From a virus (taxonomy: Duplodnaviria; Caudoviricetes): DNA of 38,698 nucleotides. Under the pieces are notes generated by a model, which saw only the letters and a list, made by a program, of their open reading frames with translations, was not told the DNA's origin and made no database searches. The stretch lies in the IMG/VR virus record IMGVR_UViG_3300017548_000074, positions 1-38,698 of that record. One strand, written 5' to 3'. Positions within the stretch are counted from its first letter, which is position 1; each line of letters opens with the position of its first letter. Positions 8,201 through 17,156 of the stretch are shown piece by piece. The position numbers and the translations under genes are program-made.

Positions 8201-10009
8201 GGCCGTCGCACGCCGCACCTCGACGCGAAGATGGGTCACGTCCTCCAGTCCGCCGCGGTAGAACACGCGGATGGAAGGGCGGCGCGGCTCGCCCGTCGCG
8301 CTCAGAATGGCGTCGGGCTGCGCATCGAAATCAACAGTGACCTGCGGCGGCGGCAGGATCGGACCAACGGGGCCGATCGGAATCGGCTTCTCGAAGGCGA
8401 CGTTCCAGTCATAGTCGGACGGGTCGATCTCCTTCAGAAGGACCTGCTGGACCTTCGAGCGCTCGCCGACGATCTCAATGACGAGGAAGAGTTTCGCGAC
8501 ATAGCCGTTGCGGGCCGATGTCCATGCGAGCACATCGAGCGGTTCCAGCAGCCACGCCTCGGGCGGCAGATAGAACGAGTGCTGCCGAAAGCGCCGTTCG
8601 TCGCGCAGCATGGTCCGCTGGAGACGCTGCACCTGCGTGCCATAGGGCACGGCGGGGAAGTTCATGCCGATGGGCAAGCGGCGGCCGCCGTCCTCCGCCT
8701 CAAAGGTCGCATCGGTCAGTGCCGGCGCTTCCTTGTTGTTCCAGCCCTCCTGCGGCTCGGGATAGGTGCTCTCGATCGCGTTGTGCGTCTCTTCCAGCCT
8801 GGGGAACGGCTGGAAGCTCTGCCCCTTGGTGACAAGGATGTCGCCATCGGAGAAGGCATAGACGGCGGAGCCGGGAATGCCGACGAGCGGCTTGAAGATG
8901 CCGCCCACCTCGGCGATCTGGCCCGAGGCGGACTTGCTCAGTTCCTTGACGACGGTGAGCGGAACCATGTCGCCGCGCACCTCGTAGCCGCAGCGGAACT
9001 GCGGCTCGGTCAGCCCCGTCCCGCCGCCCGGCGCATCGGCAATCGGCACCGGCAGGTCGCAGGCGTTCATTGCTGCGAACCATGCCGCCACCGGCAGGCG
9101 GAACGGCGCCAAGTCCTGCCCGCCATAGATCCATTCGCGATAGCCGGCGCCGTCGTCGTAGTAGATGCCGCGCACGAGATTGTAGATGATGACGAAGTTG
9201 TTGCGTGTCGGCTCCCATGTCGCCGGGTTCGTCCAGCGATGCGTGCCGACGCCGCCGGCCGTGCTGTCCTTGCGCGGGTCGTAGAGCCGCAGCGGCGGCG
9301 GCTGTACCAGCATGCCGCTATAGCCGCCCTTGAACACCTCCTGATTGCTGCGCAGCGTCACGATGAGGATCGGCTGGCCCCGGCCGATCATGTCGCTTTG
9401 CCATGGGCGATCCTGGTTGGAGCTCTGCCATGGATTGCTTGGCTGCGTGCCGAACTTCGACAGCAGATAGGCGTCCGTCGTCGTCTGCGTGCCGTCGAGA
9501 TAACGCACCCACATATAGTCGGTGCCGTTCTTCCGGTACTCCTGCACCGGGTAGCCCTGCTCGGTCGGCGTCTCGTTCCACAGGATCGTGCATTCCGAAC
9601 CGCCGTACCAGATGCGCGGCTGGCCCGGCGCCGGCAGGTCCCCAAGCTGGAGCACGTCCACGAGGTAAGCGTTCGGTGTCTTGCCGATGCGGCCCCATGT
9701 GCCGACATAGATGCGCTTGCCGGCTGTGGCGAAGTCGCCCACGACGAAGGCGACAGGATGGTCATCGCCCACCTGCACCTGCATCTCGACGCCGCGCGGG
9801 GTCTCTTGCTGGAGCGCCTTGCGCAACAGGCTGACGCCAATCTGAAGCGCTGTCGTCAGCAGCATCGCCGTCAGCGAGACGATGATCGAGCCGGCCGCCG
9901 CCTTGATGCCGATCAGGCCGAGCAGCGCGATGGAGATCGGCTCGGCATGGGCATGGCCGGTCGCCGCCAGCAGCGACGCCAGCGCAAGGCATGCGATGAT
10001 GAATAGCAT
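5279..10009 (-). CDS. Central tail fibre / host-specificity protein (gpJ-like), about 1576 aa
   Basis: Start MLFIIACL coupled to the upstream stop; LYDPRKDST and related tail-tip motifs, long coiled-coil region, C-terminal beta domain. Confidence 0.85.
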   Translation of the reverse strand: MLFIIACLALASLLAATGHAHAEPISIALLGLIGIKAAAGSIIVSLTAMLLTTALQIGVSLLRKALQQETPRGVEMQVQVGDDHPVAFVVGDFATAGKRIYVGTWGRIGKTPNAYLVDVLQLGDLPAPGQPRIWYGGSECTILWNETPTEQGYPVQEYRKNGTDYMWVRYLDGTQTTTDAYLLSKFGTQPSNPWQSSNQDRPWQSDMIGRGQPILIVTLRSNQEVFKGGYSGMLVQPPPLRLYDPRKDSTAGGVGTHRWTNPATWEPTRNNFVIIYNLVRGIYYDDGAGYREWIYGGQDLAPFRLPVAAWFAAMNACDLPVPIADAPGGGTGLTEPQFRCGYEVRGDMVPLTVVKELSKSASGQIAEVGGIFKPLVGIPGSAVYAFSDGDILVTKGQSFQPFPRLEETHNAIESTYPEPQEGWNNKEAPALTDATFEAEDGGRRLPIGMNFPAVPYGTQVQRLQRTMLRDERRFRQHSFYLPPEAWLLEPLDVLAWTSARNGYVAKLFLVIEIVGERSKVQQVLLKEIDPSDYDWNVAFEKPIPIGPVGPILPPPQVTVDFDAQPDAILSATGEPRRPSIRVFYRGGLEDVTHLRVEVRRATAGEAEATIDIPYQAPEDTLYSLLLHTVELLPATAYFVRGTYVARTARVVEPSDWVAVTTPNVRLTDEDVYLPGQREEFEEYVREQLDWLNNPDSPLLPIIERIDDRVATERDARLSSTGDLAQWSRDLRETVARQALRTSDLIVASARERVVLRQEATATANGLRAFALDQITLAVGPGSALAERFSLLEAEVDADRINLQGAIESVQTVLLDAIGDESTARQALRIQLVGHYTGNDVTQLTEGLLFQDRQAWISETQALAQAIDLISAGVGVLFDWLKQWSWDDDVLGWSGNGTPVATGGWLRPANHATNPFVVSPTGLAVNGGLYKQIKVYIRKTGSPTWEGVFFWRNPGDAPGWVGGKSITVAEPTYDGQGQAVLTVNMTWTGTIDQIRIDLSSVQDAGNYFELNWTYIGRPSPGASQAQLAAIQSALASADLAEATARETLSTVLVGQPDPDGLTLETLSGGLLFNERQARSTADSAMASLIQGVQAEMQNIGDDLDAMGAAQSAMLVQLNAQGDEIDILGQSVIDIGLELDEKASIGITDDLRAQIEEMGGGETIRMLAEAVRQLRQTVNRQAVQAGDLFIGSRRAQNQLADIVADVRQSLTNRIDITDGQVSVVGQLVNQINLSLSGYATLGITNALLGRIVETENSITLLAQDLTAFELELEDKASIDITNLLAGRIEETEDGIEALTEWRLDMTAEVGRFSASGMFRAEQVATEAGALSTVGISAAASDGAATSQAAMFLSALTGGKSRIAMLADFFGIADGPEGARRYPFIFEDGVLRTHELRVEWAHILNAVIGWAEIEEAVIGNLSVADLDVENLVVRRINIEQGSGADQAYGSATNIGNIVPPNPPDFVTVPNNGTWTTIVSLTLNNRSGHPPLIFLSGYQTISAGGSGTANMRLVRSDDLTFDFMGNLPDLSPGGYRSVAGGFADVAPQTGPATYLLQARQNITNTTHNFRVKAVATVNQL

Positions 10010-10431
10010 TATCCGACCCTGAAGACCCGATCCGCGGCGGCAAGGTCCATCGTGCCGATACCATCCTCGCGCAGCACGAGGACGCGTTCGCCGTTGACGA
10101 TGCCCAGCGCGTAGCCGAGCGCGCTTTCCGTCCCGAAGGCGGCCACGTCGCCCACCTGCGCCTGGCTCCAGTGGACCTCGGGCAGCAGGCTTGCGACGAG
10201 GTCGCCCAGGTTGTCGAAGCCGGCGGCGCGCATTGCCGTCACCGCGCCCTTCAGCGTGGAATAGCGGCGGAACCCGCGCGTCAGGTCCTCGCCGGTCATG
10301 ACCGCCACCGCGCGGCCGGTGAAGGCCGGGCCGCAATCATGGTCGCCCCAGACGAAAGGCTTCGCGCGGATGTCCGCGATGAAGGCGGCAAGCTGCTGCC
10401 GCCAGTCCGGCCGGCGTGTGAGCGCGCGCAT
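10009..10431 (-). CDS. Tail-tip NlpC/P60-like protein (DUF6950-like)
   Basis: RRPDWRQQL...PFVWGDHDC and GDVA...ALGI motifs; lies just upstream of gpJ. Confidence 0.75.
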   Translation of the reverse strand: MRALTRRPDWRQQLAAFIADIRAKPFVWGDHDCGPAFTGRAVAVMTGEDLTRGFRRYSTLKGAVTAMRAAGFDNLGDLVASLLPEVHWSQAQVGDVAAFGTESALGYALGIVNGERVLVLREDGIGTMDLAAADRVFRVG

Positions 10432-11051
10432 CAGTCCTGCCCCCATGCGATTTTCCACGTCGAGATTGCATTCGAATAGCGGTTGATCCGGTCACCGCCG
10501 CGGAGCTGCTGCGCCTCGTCCGAGCGGCGGCGTGGATTGGTGCGGGTCAGCATGGAAATGGCATCCGAGACGACGCTGAACTTGATCAGCGATTCACCAC
10601 CGGCCGCGCCGGTCTCGATCGGCGCGCTGTCCACCTCGGCAAGGAACTCGATCTCGGCCGCCGCGACCGGCTGGCGGGTGGCCGGACTGAGCTGGAGCGA
10701 ATGGATTTCCACCTTGGCAAGCCGCGCCTCATAGCCGCGCACGATCTGCTGTGTGATCGTGGGGATGGCCGACATGGTGATCTCGACCTGCACCATGCTG
10801 AGGTCGGACACGCGCGGGATGTTGCCGATCGACAGGTTCACGTCGCCTGTGTAGGTGCGCGTCACCTGCAAGCCGGTCGTGCCGGATATAACCGGGATGT
10901 CGACTGGATAGTCGCCGCTCCAGAAGCCGAACGACCCCGGCGCTCCGGTCGTGCGATCCTTCACGGTGATCCAGAGCAGTTGGCGCGGCGCAAGGCCCTT
11001 GTCACGCGCTTCTGTGAGCGCCTGCTGCGTGGCAAGCGAAACGCTTCTCAT
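10431..11051 (-). CDS. Tail tip/hub protein
   Basis: Position between Dit and NlpC-like genes; C-terminal RRSDEAQQLRGGD...WG motif. Confidence 0.7.
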   Translation of the reverse strand: MRSVSLATQQALTEARDKGLAPRQLLWITVKDRTTGAPGSFGFWSGDYPVDIPVISGTTGLQVTRTYTGDVNLSIGNIPRVSDLSMVQVEITMSAIPTITQQIVRGYEARLAKVEIHSLQLSPATRQPVAAAEIEFLAEVDSAPIETGAAGGESLIKFSVVSDAISMLTRTNPRRRSDEAQQLRGGDRINRYSNAISTWKIAWGQD

Positions 11052-12256
11052 CGGCGGCGCTCCATGGCACGCAGGCCGGCGCCGCTCACCGTCATGCCGG
11101 CGCCCGTACCGGGCTTGTGGGTGTCAGGCATCACGAACATCTTGCAGGCAGGCTTTGCGAGGATCACCGCTGCACCGGCAGAAATCCCGGCAGGGACTCG
11201 CGGGAACACCTCGATCAGCGGCATGACGCCATCGGCGCCCGTGACCGCGCTCTCCGAAAACTCGAAGAAGTAGGTACGTTCCGGATTGGAACCGAACTGG
11301 ATCTGCCCCTTGTCGCCGGGAGACAGCGCGTAGCGCGGGGGAAGTCCCGCCAGACCGAGGGCTCCCCTACCGGCCGCGACGGACGACAGAGTAACCGTCG
11401 ACGGTCCCGCCGCATCGGCGCGCCCGGCATACGGACTAGGCAACAGTCCCTGCTCCATTTGCGCGCCCCAGATGTACAGGCCAGAGGTACCGTCGCCTTG
11501 ATAGGTCACGGATGTACCGATCGCGGTGCGTACCAGAGGAGCGAGGCTGAGACCGGAACCGGCAATCGTCCTCACGCTCAGGTGAATTCTCCACCATCCG
11601 TTCGGATACTGAATCGCGCCAACCCGGGACGGGACGGTGGCCGCCAGGATGCTGCCGCTCTGGAGGTTCAGTATGATGCTGTTCTGCACCTCCTGATTGG
11701 CGAGAAACCCGAGGGACACCTGAACGCTGGTCCTCTCCGCAGCCTTCACGAAGACAGAGAATGTATAGTCGGTCTCGCCGCTGTTTCCGGTCACGTTCTG
11801 CTGGATCGTGTGTGCGCCGTTTGCCACGCCCTCAACCATCTTGTCGGCTGCGGTCGTTCCATCCGGAGCGGTGGTCGCGTTCGCCACCACCGTGGTGTCC
11901 GTCTTGATCCAGGCAGTGTTGTCGAACGCCTCCGTCCAGCGAAGAGGGTTCAGCGACATCAGCACCGCCCCGGCCGGATCGGCTCTCGGATAGCGCCGAT
12001 ACGGATGGCACAGGAAAAAGCTCTCCTGCGCACCGTGCAGCTTGCGGATGATGGCCGCCAGTTCCTCGGCGTCGTCCAGATAGGATGTCGCAAGCCGGAT
12101 ATCGGCGGTCCACAGCGGGTCGGCAAGCTCGGCCTGCCACACGCGGCCGTCGCCGCCGCCGGACAACTCGTCATTGCGCTGGATCGTCCAGTCCACCTCG
12201 GCAATCCGAAGGCGGTCATTCAGATAAGCCAGCGGGTAGGGATAGGTGACCGCCAT
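11048..12256 (-). CDS. Distal tail protein (Dit) with inserted carbohydrate-binding-like domain
   Basis: Follows the tape measure gene; central LRWTEAFDNTAW...APDGT...YTFSVFVKA...GWWRI...IWGAQME beta-sandwich insert. Confidence 0.7.
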   Translation of the reverse strand: MAVTYPYPLAYLNDRLRIAEVDWTIQRNDELSGGGDGRVWQAELADPLWTADIRLATSYLDDAEELAAIIRKLHGAQESFFLCHPYRRYPRADPAGAVLMSLNPLRWTEAFDNTAWIKTDTTVVANATTAPDGTTAADKMVEGVANGAHTIQQNVTGNSGETDYTFSVFVKAAERTSVQVSLGFLANQEVQNSIILNLQSGSILAATVPSRVGAIQYPNGWWRIHLSVRTIAGSGLSLAPLVRTAIGTSVTYQGDGTSGLYIWGAQMEQGLLPSPYAGRADAAGPSTVTLSSVAAGRGALGLAGLPPRYALSPGDKGQIQFGSNPERTYFFEFSESAVTGADGVMPLIEVFPRVPAGISAGAAVILAKPACKMFVMPDTHKPGTGAGMTVSGAGLRAMERRR

Positions 12257-12259
12257 CGC

Positions 12260-14476
12260 CTACTTCCTCCACGGATGCGACTGCGCATAGGCCAGCCGGC
12301 CGGGCAGCGTCTTGTTGTTCTCGTCCACGACCTTGATCGCGACATCCTGGCTCTCGGCCCGGATGACGGGCCGGAACAGGTCTCCTTCTTCGGCGCGGAC
12401 TACGAGCACCACCTGTTGCAGCGCATTCGCGGCAGGGGCCGGCGCGTAGGTCGGCATGGGCGCATTGACGGCGCGGCGCGGCAGAGGATCGGCACTGCCA
12501 AACGACGCCGCGCTGATGCGGTTGTCGTTCGAAGCGAAACCGGCGCGGACGGTATTGCTGCTCTCGGCGGCATAGCTCATGGCGGCGCCGGTGACCGACA
12601 TCGGGCGAGGCGTGGGGATCGGCGCGGTGCCCGGAAGCGTAACGCTGGAACCGCCGCCGCCCAGCAGCCAGCCCAGCCCCTTCATGAGCCATCCGAAGAT
12701 GCCGCCGCCGCCATCCTCACCGGCTGCCCGGACCTTGAAGATGGCGTCCAGAACGTCATCCAGCAGCTTGTCGGTGATGCGATCCAGCGCGTTCAGTGCG
12801 GCATTGGCGAAGGACTCCCATATGCCTTTGCCCTGCTCGATGCCGGAGCGGAAATCGTCGATGAAGCCGCGCACCGTCTCGCGGGCAAACTCCATCGCCT
12901 CACGCGCCTTCTCGACCCGCTCCATCTCCTCGACCATCCGCGCATAGGCGTCGGCCTCTTTCTGGATTTCCGCGATGCGCTCCGGCGACAGGCCGATGGC
13001 GTCCTTCATCGCCGCAGCTTCCAGCTTGCGCGTAACGGTCAGGCGCGCCGCTTCGGCTTCGGTGAGACCGATGGCGTCACGTTCGGCCTTCATCGCCTCG
13101 ATACGGTCGCGGATGCTCTCAAGCTCCCGGTCATAGTCCGTCTGGCGCGAGCGGGCGCCCTTCTTGTCCTTCTGGCGGTCGCCGTAGTTTCGAACGGCAT
13201 TGCGACGGACCCTGTCGCCGAAGTCGCCAAGAGGATCGTCGTCCATGATATCGCCGATGCGCTCATTGCGGCGATCGACGGCGCCGCCAAGTTCCCGGAC
13301 GGCCCGCGAAATGTCGACGCGTCCAAGGGTGACCTTGCCGATGGTTCCAAGGGCCGCGCCGCCTTCTGGTTTCATCCAGTCTGGCATCTTTGCGACCCAC
13401 TCGTTCACCTTGCCTATGAGTGTATCGATGCCCCCTGTGACGTAGTTGATCATGTTCTCAACGCCGCTCACCAGCAGGTTGACGGCACTTCCGATCGCGA
13501 CAGCGACTATGTTCGGGAACTGCGTGAAGACGAGCTTCACGTCCTCGTAAGCTGCCCGAAACGAGTTGATGATGAGATTGCCGGTCCATTTCACGCCGGC
13601 AACCACATTATCCCACACCCAAGAGAACCATGGAGCAATCGCTTCGATCGCCGGCCGGAGCTCGCTGTAAATTACCTGCCCGATGGCTTGCAGGACGCCC
13701 TTGGCGACATCGCCGTAGCTAACGGCCACACCGCTTGTCTCACGAATTTCATGCTGCAAGCCGAGCAGGGCAACACCGGCGACAACAGCAGCGCCAGCGA
13801 TGATCGGGCCGAGCCTACCGAAAATGCCCATGACACCGCGAGCCTCTGCGCCAACGTCCGACAGCGCAGCGCGAACGCCGCCTTGACCGGCATACATCTG
13901 GACGATCTGCGGTCCCTGCTGCATCAGCGTGCGCGTGACACCGAGAGGGCCTATGGTCTGGCCGATGTCGAAGAGCTGAAAGCGCAGGTTCGTGCGACGC
14001 CAGTTGTCGTTAGCCGCGCCGGCCCGCTTAATCGCATTGGTGTTCTGCTCGACCTGAGCCTCTTGCGCGGCCAGCGCGGCGTTCGCTACGGTCACTGCCT
14101 GCGCGAGTTGGGTCTGACCGTTCGCGGCAAGCTGCTCGGCATTCGCAATCAGGCCGTATCGCTGGTGCAGCCCCACAAGGATTTGCTGCGCCCGCTCGGT
14201 CGAGACGTTGCCAGTGTCAAACGCCCGCTGGAGGGTACGCAAACCGGCCTCGAACCGCTGGCTGGCCGAGTATCCTTCGATCGTCTGGCGCTGCAATCGC
14301 TCCAAGGCGTTGCCTGCGGCAGAAATCTTCGTGTCGGTCTGCTGGACTGCCGCCCCAACTTCGCGGCTGGATGCTGCGCCAGCCTTGTCGGCGGCGACCT
14401 TCTGGTTCATGCCGGCGATATACCCAGAAGCATCCATGTCCGCCGTGACGCGGAGGCTGGAGAGTTGGACTGTCAT
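12260..14476 (-). CDS. Tail tape measure protein (738 aa)
   Basis: Ala-rich helical sequence, NLRFQLFDIG...LMQQGPQI lambda-type TMP motif, central hydrophobic segments. Confidence 0.9.
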   Translation of the reverse strand: MTVQLSSLRVTADMDASGYIAGMNQKVAADKAGAASSREVGAAVQQTDTKISAAGNALERLQRQTIEGYSASQRFEAGLRTLQRAFDTGNVSTERAQQILVGLHQRYGLIANAEQLAANGQTQLAQAVTVANAALAAQEAQVEQNTNAIKRAGAANDNWRRTNLRFQLFDIGQTIGPLGVTRTLMQQGPQIVQMYAGQGGVRAALSDVGAEARGVMGIFGRLGPIIAGAAVVAGVALLGLQHEIRETSGVAVSYGDVAKGVLQAIGQVIYSELRPAIEAIAPWFSWVWDNVVAGVKWTGNLIINSFRAAYEDVKLVFTQFPNIVAVAIGSAVNLLVSGVENMINYVTGGIDTLIGKVNEWVAKMPDWMKPEGGAALGTIGKVTLGRVDISRAVRELGGAVDRRNERIGDIMDDDPLGDFGDRVRRNAVRNYGDRQKDKKGARSRQTDYDRELESIRDRIEAMKAERDAIGLTEAEAARLTVTRKLEAAAMKDAIGLSPERIAEIQKEADAYARMVEEMERVEKAREAMEFARETVRGFIDDFRSGIEQGKGIWESFANAALNALDRITDKLLDDVLDAIFKVRAAGEDGGGGIFGWLMKGLGWLLGGGGSSVTLPGTAPIPTPRPMSVTGAAMSYAAESSNTVRAGFASNDNRISAASFGSADPLPRRAVNAPMPTYAPAPAANALQQVVLVVRAEEGDLFRPVIRAESQDVAIKVVDENNKTLPGRLAYAQSHPWRK

Positions 14477-14517
14477 GTGGTTACCTCTGGGTGCCGCGAT
14501 GTCGGAAGGAACCGCTG

Positions 14518-14859
14518 GTGCGAAAGCTCTTCACAATCCTGTTGGTCGCCGTAACTACCGCCGCCCATGCTGATTCATCAGCCAATGACCCGAGGCTTAG
14601 AAAGGCGTTGTTTACGGTCTTCTTCGCCGAAAGCTGCTCGCGAAAGTATGCCGATCCAGCCCTCTATGAAGGCGCGGTCGAAGCGCTAGAACGGCTCTTT
14701 AGGGAGATCAGACCGGAGCACGCTTCCGAGGTCAGACAATGGGCGGAGCAGAATCAGAAGGACCAGGCCGCCAGCGCGCTTAATGCTGACGACTACGCAA
14801 CCGAAGCGTTGTGCGATCGGCTGCGACAGGCAATGGCAAGCGGCACTCTATTTGACTGA
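14518..14859 (+). CDS. Exported moron protein with Sec signal peptide
   Basis: GTG start after GGAAGGA; MRKLFTILLVAVTTAAHA-DSS cleavage pattern; two Cys; opposite strand to tail genes. Confidence 0.7.
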   Translation: MRKLFTILLVAVTTAAHADSSANDPRLRKALFTVFFAESCSRKYADPALYEGAVEALERLFREIRPEHASEVRQWAEQNQKDQAASALNADDYATEALCDRLRQAMASGTLFD

Positions 14860-15207
14860 CTTCGGCCTAGGCCGCACCAGCCATTCCGCGTCGATCGCAC
14901 GGATGTAGAGGGTGAAAATGCGCAGGTCCTCGCCAGCTATCCCATGATCGGCGGCATAGCGGCTGATCGCCTGATAGGAGATCGGGGTTTCGCCGCCGAA
15001 GTCGCTCACCTGCCTGTCGAAGCGCAGTGCGTCGAATGCGTCGAGATACAGCCGATGCCAGTCGGCCGGCTCGTAGAAATCATCCTCCGGCCGCTGAAGC
15101 CACGCCTCGTCGGGATACTCTTCCGCGAGGGCCGACAGCCACTCGTCGGTGGAAATTGCGCCCTCGTCGGCCGCTATACGGCGGGCGAAGGCGCGGCGGA
15201 GTTTTTT
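14848..15207 (-). CDS. Tail assembly chaperone gpT portion (translated as a gpGT -1 frameshift fusion)
   Basis: -1 frame opens across the slippery site; AFDALRFDRQ...PISYQAISRYA...IRAIDAEWL chaperone motif. Confidence 0.8.
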   Translation of the reverse strand, partial: KKLRRAFARRIAADEGAISTDEWLSALAEEYPDEAWLQRPEDDFYEPADWHRLYLDAFDALRFDRQVSDFGGETPISYQAISRYAADHGIAGEDLRIFTLYIRAIDAEWLVRPRPKSVK

Positions 15208-15593
15208 GCCGTCTCCTCGATAAACTCGACATCGGTCTGGGCGACGCGCTCCGCGCACCACTCCACCGCGTCGATGATCCGGCGATAGGCGATGTCGGTC
15301 ATCACCTCCAGCGCCTTCTCCGGCGTGTATTCGATATCGAACCCGCGCCAGCCGAATAGAATGTGCTTGCAGTAGAGCTTGCCCGCCTCCTGCGCCAGTT
15401 CGGCACGAGGCGGCGTTTTGCCCTTGTGCTTGCGCGCCAGTCGCTGGAGCAGAAGGTCGCGTTCCGTCTGGTATGGCTGGTAATGCAGCGACCGCACGCG
15501 GAAGGCCACGCCCGGCCAGTCCGGATAGTCCTGCCAGTCGCCACGCTCCTCAGCTTCGATGTCGGCCTTGATGCTCTCAAGCTTGACGGTCAT
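15174..15593 (-). CDS. Tail assembly chaperone gpG
   Basis: ILFGWRG...YTPEKALEVM motif; lies between tube and tape measure genes. Confidence 0.8.
   Translation of the reverse strand: MTVKLESIKADIEAEERGDWQDYPDWPGVAFRVRSLHYQPYQTERDLLLQRLARKHKGKTPPRAELAQEAGKLYCKHILFGWRGFDIEYTPEKALEVMTDIAYRRIIDAVEWCAERVAQTDVEFIEETAKNSAAPSPAV
15201..15207 (-). other. Programmed -1 frameshift slippery heptamer A AAA AAC
   Basis: gpG codons GCA AAA AAC; the -1 frame reads KKLRRAF into gpT. Confidence 0.8.
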
Positions 15594-15793
15594 TTCTGAT
15601 CCTCTTCCTCGGGAAGGAACTGTGTGCCTGCGCGAACAAGGCCCTTCTCGCGCATGAGCTCGGCGAAGCTCTCAGCGACCGGCACGCTGCGCTCGCCCGC
15701 CTTGAACGCCGTCTTGTGGCCGTAGGGATAGCCAGTGAAGTCAGTGTCCGCGACGAAGGTGACGCGGCTCGTGTCCTTTGCCTTCGCCATCAC
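15590..15793 (-). CDS. Small hypothetical virion-region protein
   Basis: Translationally coupled on both sides. Confidence 0.65.
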   Translation of the reverse strand: MMAKAKDTSRVTFVADTDFTGYPYGHKTAFKAGERSVPVAESFAELMREKGLVRAGTQFLPEEEDQK

Positions 15794-16722
15794 GCCACCG
15801 CCCGCGTCAGCGTTGCCGTCGCCGCGCTCGTGGCATCATAAACGGCCTGAAACGGCACCTCCATGATGACCGCCTGGCTGTTGCCGCCGATGACGGGAGA
15901 ACCCTCCATGAGCTTCAGCTTGGGCAGCGAGAGCGTGTATTTCGAGCCGCTGGCAGCGCCGATCGTCGTGGACAGCGCCACGTCGCTGTGCGCGACAATG
16001 GCATTGTACAGGTCGAGGTTCTCGAAATATGCCTGCATCGTGCCCGACACCTCGAAGCGGCCGAGGCCATGGCTGTCGGGCTCATAGGCCCCCACGACGT
16101 CGTTCTGGTAGATGTTCGAGCGGATCGACAGGTTGAGCGAGCGGATTTTCGGCGTGGCTGTGACGCCCGTCATTGTCAGCGCGCCGACATTGGTCGCCGC
16201 ATTCAGGACAGGTGCCGTCGAGGGCGCGGCATAGGTCGCGCCAGTGATGATGGCGTTGGTCGGCGTCGGGCTTCCGATGCCCACGATGCCCCACGACACG
16301 CGGGCGATCTGGCGCGCCTCAAGGGTGAGGTCGAGCGTGTTCACGCGACAGCCGCGATAGCGGATGAAGCTATCCGTCGCTCCCTGTTCGAAGGTCTTCT
16401 CGATCGCGAACGTCTTGTGAGCGATGCCGTTCTTCAAGACGTTCGTCGTCCATGTCGAACGGAACAGCGCCTCGAAGAAGTCGTCAAAGGTGCCGTAAGA
16501 CAGCTCGCCGGCGATCGGCCCCTCAACGGCGCGACCAACGTCGATGACATCGGTGACGTTGCCGTCACCACGCAGCTCGTCGGACACCACCGTCTGCTTG
16601 GTGAGACGGATGTTCTCGTTCACCAGCCGCAGCGTCTTGAACGACGGGGTCGCGGGGATAGTGCCCGGCGTCACCTCTGCCACATAGGCAAGCCGGGACT
16701 GCGATGCTTCTGCAATCGCCAT
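15790..16722 (-). CDS. Major tail tube protein
   Basis: SRLAYVAEVTPGTIP, SDELRGD and GELSYGTFDDF motifs; 310 aa. Confidence 0.88.
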   Translation of the reverse strand: MAIAEASQSRLAYVAEVTPGTIPATPSFKTLRLVNENIRLTKQTVVSDELRGDGNVTDVIDVGRAVEGPIAGELSYGTFDDFFEALFRSTWTTNVLKNGIAHKTFAIEKTFEQGATDSFIRYRGCRVNTLDLTLEARQIARVSWGIVGIGSPTPTNAIITGATYAAPSTAPVLNAATNVGALTMTGVTATPKIRSLNLSIRSNIYQNDVVGAYEPDSHGLGRFEVSGTMQAYFENLDLYNAIVAHSDVALSTTIGAASGSKYTLSLPKLKLMEGSPVIGGNSQAVIMEVPFQAVYDATSAATATLTRAVA

Positions 16723-16751
16723 CGTGATTTCCTTTCAAATGTGGTGGAGGC

Positions 16752-17156
16752 TTACGAATCCCGCTGCCAGTTCACGGTCAGCGTCAAACGGAAGTAATTG
16801 CCATCGCCCTCGCCGGGCTCTCCGGCGCCGATGGACATGTCGATGATGCGGATGCCGGCCGGCCCCTGCTCACGGAACAGGGAGGCAAGGTCGGAGGCGA
16901 TGACGCGGCCGGCGCGCGAGCCGGTATCGCGCAGCGTCATGACGTGGAAATCTGTCTGGCCGCCCTCGCGCCACAGATTGTCACCGGGCGCGCCGAAGGT
17001 CTCCTGCGCGTAGAACGAGCCGAACAGCTCGACCAGCACCCATGCGGCGGGGCTATTCGGCAGCGTCGTCAGGTCGTTCTCGTAGACGAGCGGCGCGCCG
17101 GACCATGCGGCATCGAGATAGTCCTTGAACGCATCGAATGCTTCAGGCGTCGCCAT
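16752..17156 (-). CDS. Tail terminator protein
   Basis: Position and size; VYEND...AWVLVE...WREGG motif. Confidence 0.7.
   Translation of the reverse strand: MATPEAFDAFKDYLDAAWSGAPLVYENDLTTLPNSPAAWVLVELFGSFYAQETFGAPGDNLWREGGQTDFHVMTLRDTGSRAGRVIASDLASLFREQGPAGIRIIDMSIGAGEPGEGDGNYFRLTLTVNWQRDS

Noticed and set aside
9940-10009. Signal-peptide-like N-terminus of gpJ suggesting a secreted protein
   Set aside because: Hydrophobic N-termini are common in tail-tip proteins, and gene context is clearly structural.
10010-10336. N-terminal extension of gpJ in the ORF track (likewise extensions of endolysin to 2707, initiator to 29575 and helicase to 31832)
   Set aside because: They overlap upstream genes; translationally coupled internal starts fit better.
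11117-14554. 1145-aa plus-strand ORF, and similar long ORFs at 6050-7768, 8129-10006, 18964-20373 and 20902-22158
   Set aside because: Antisense shadows of high-GC tail, capsid and portal genes; no recognisable motifs or RBS.
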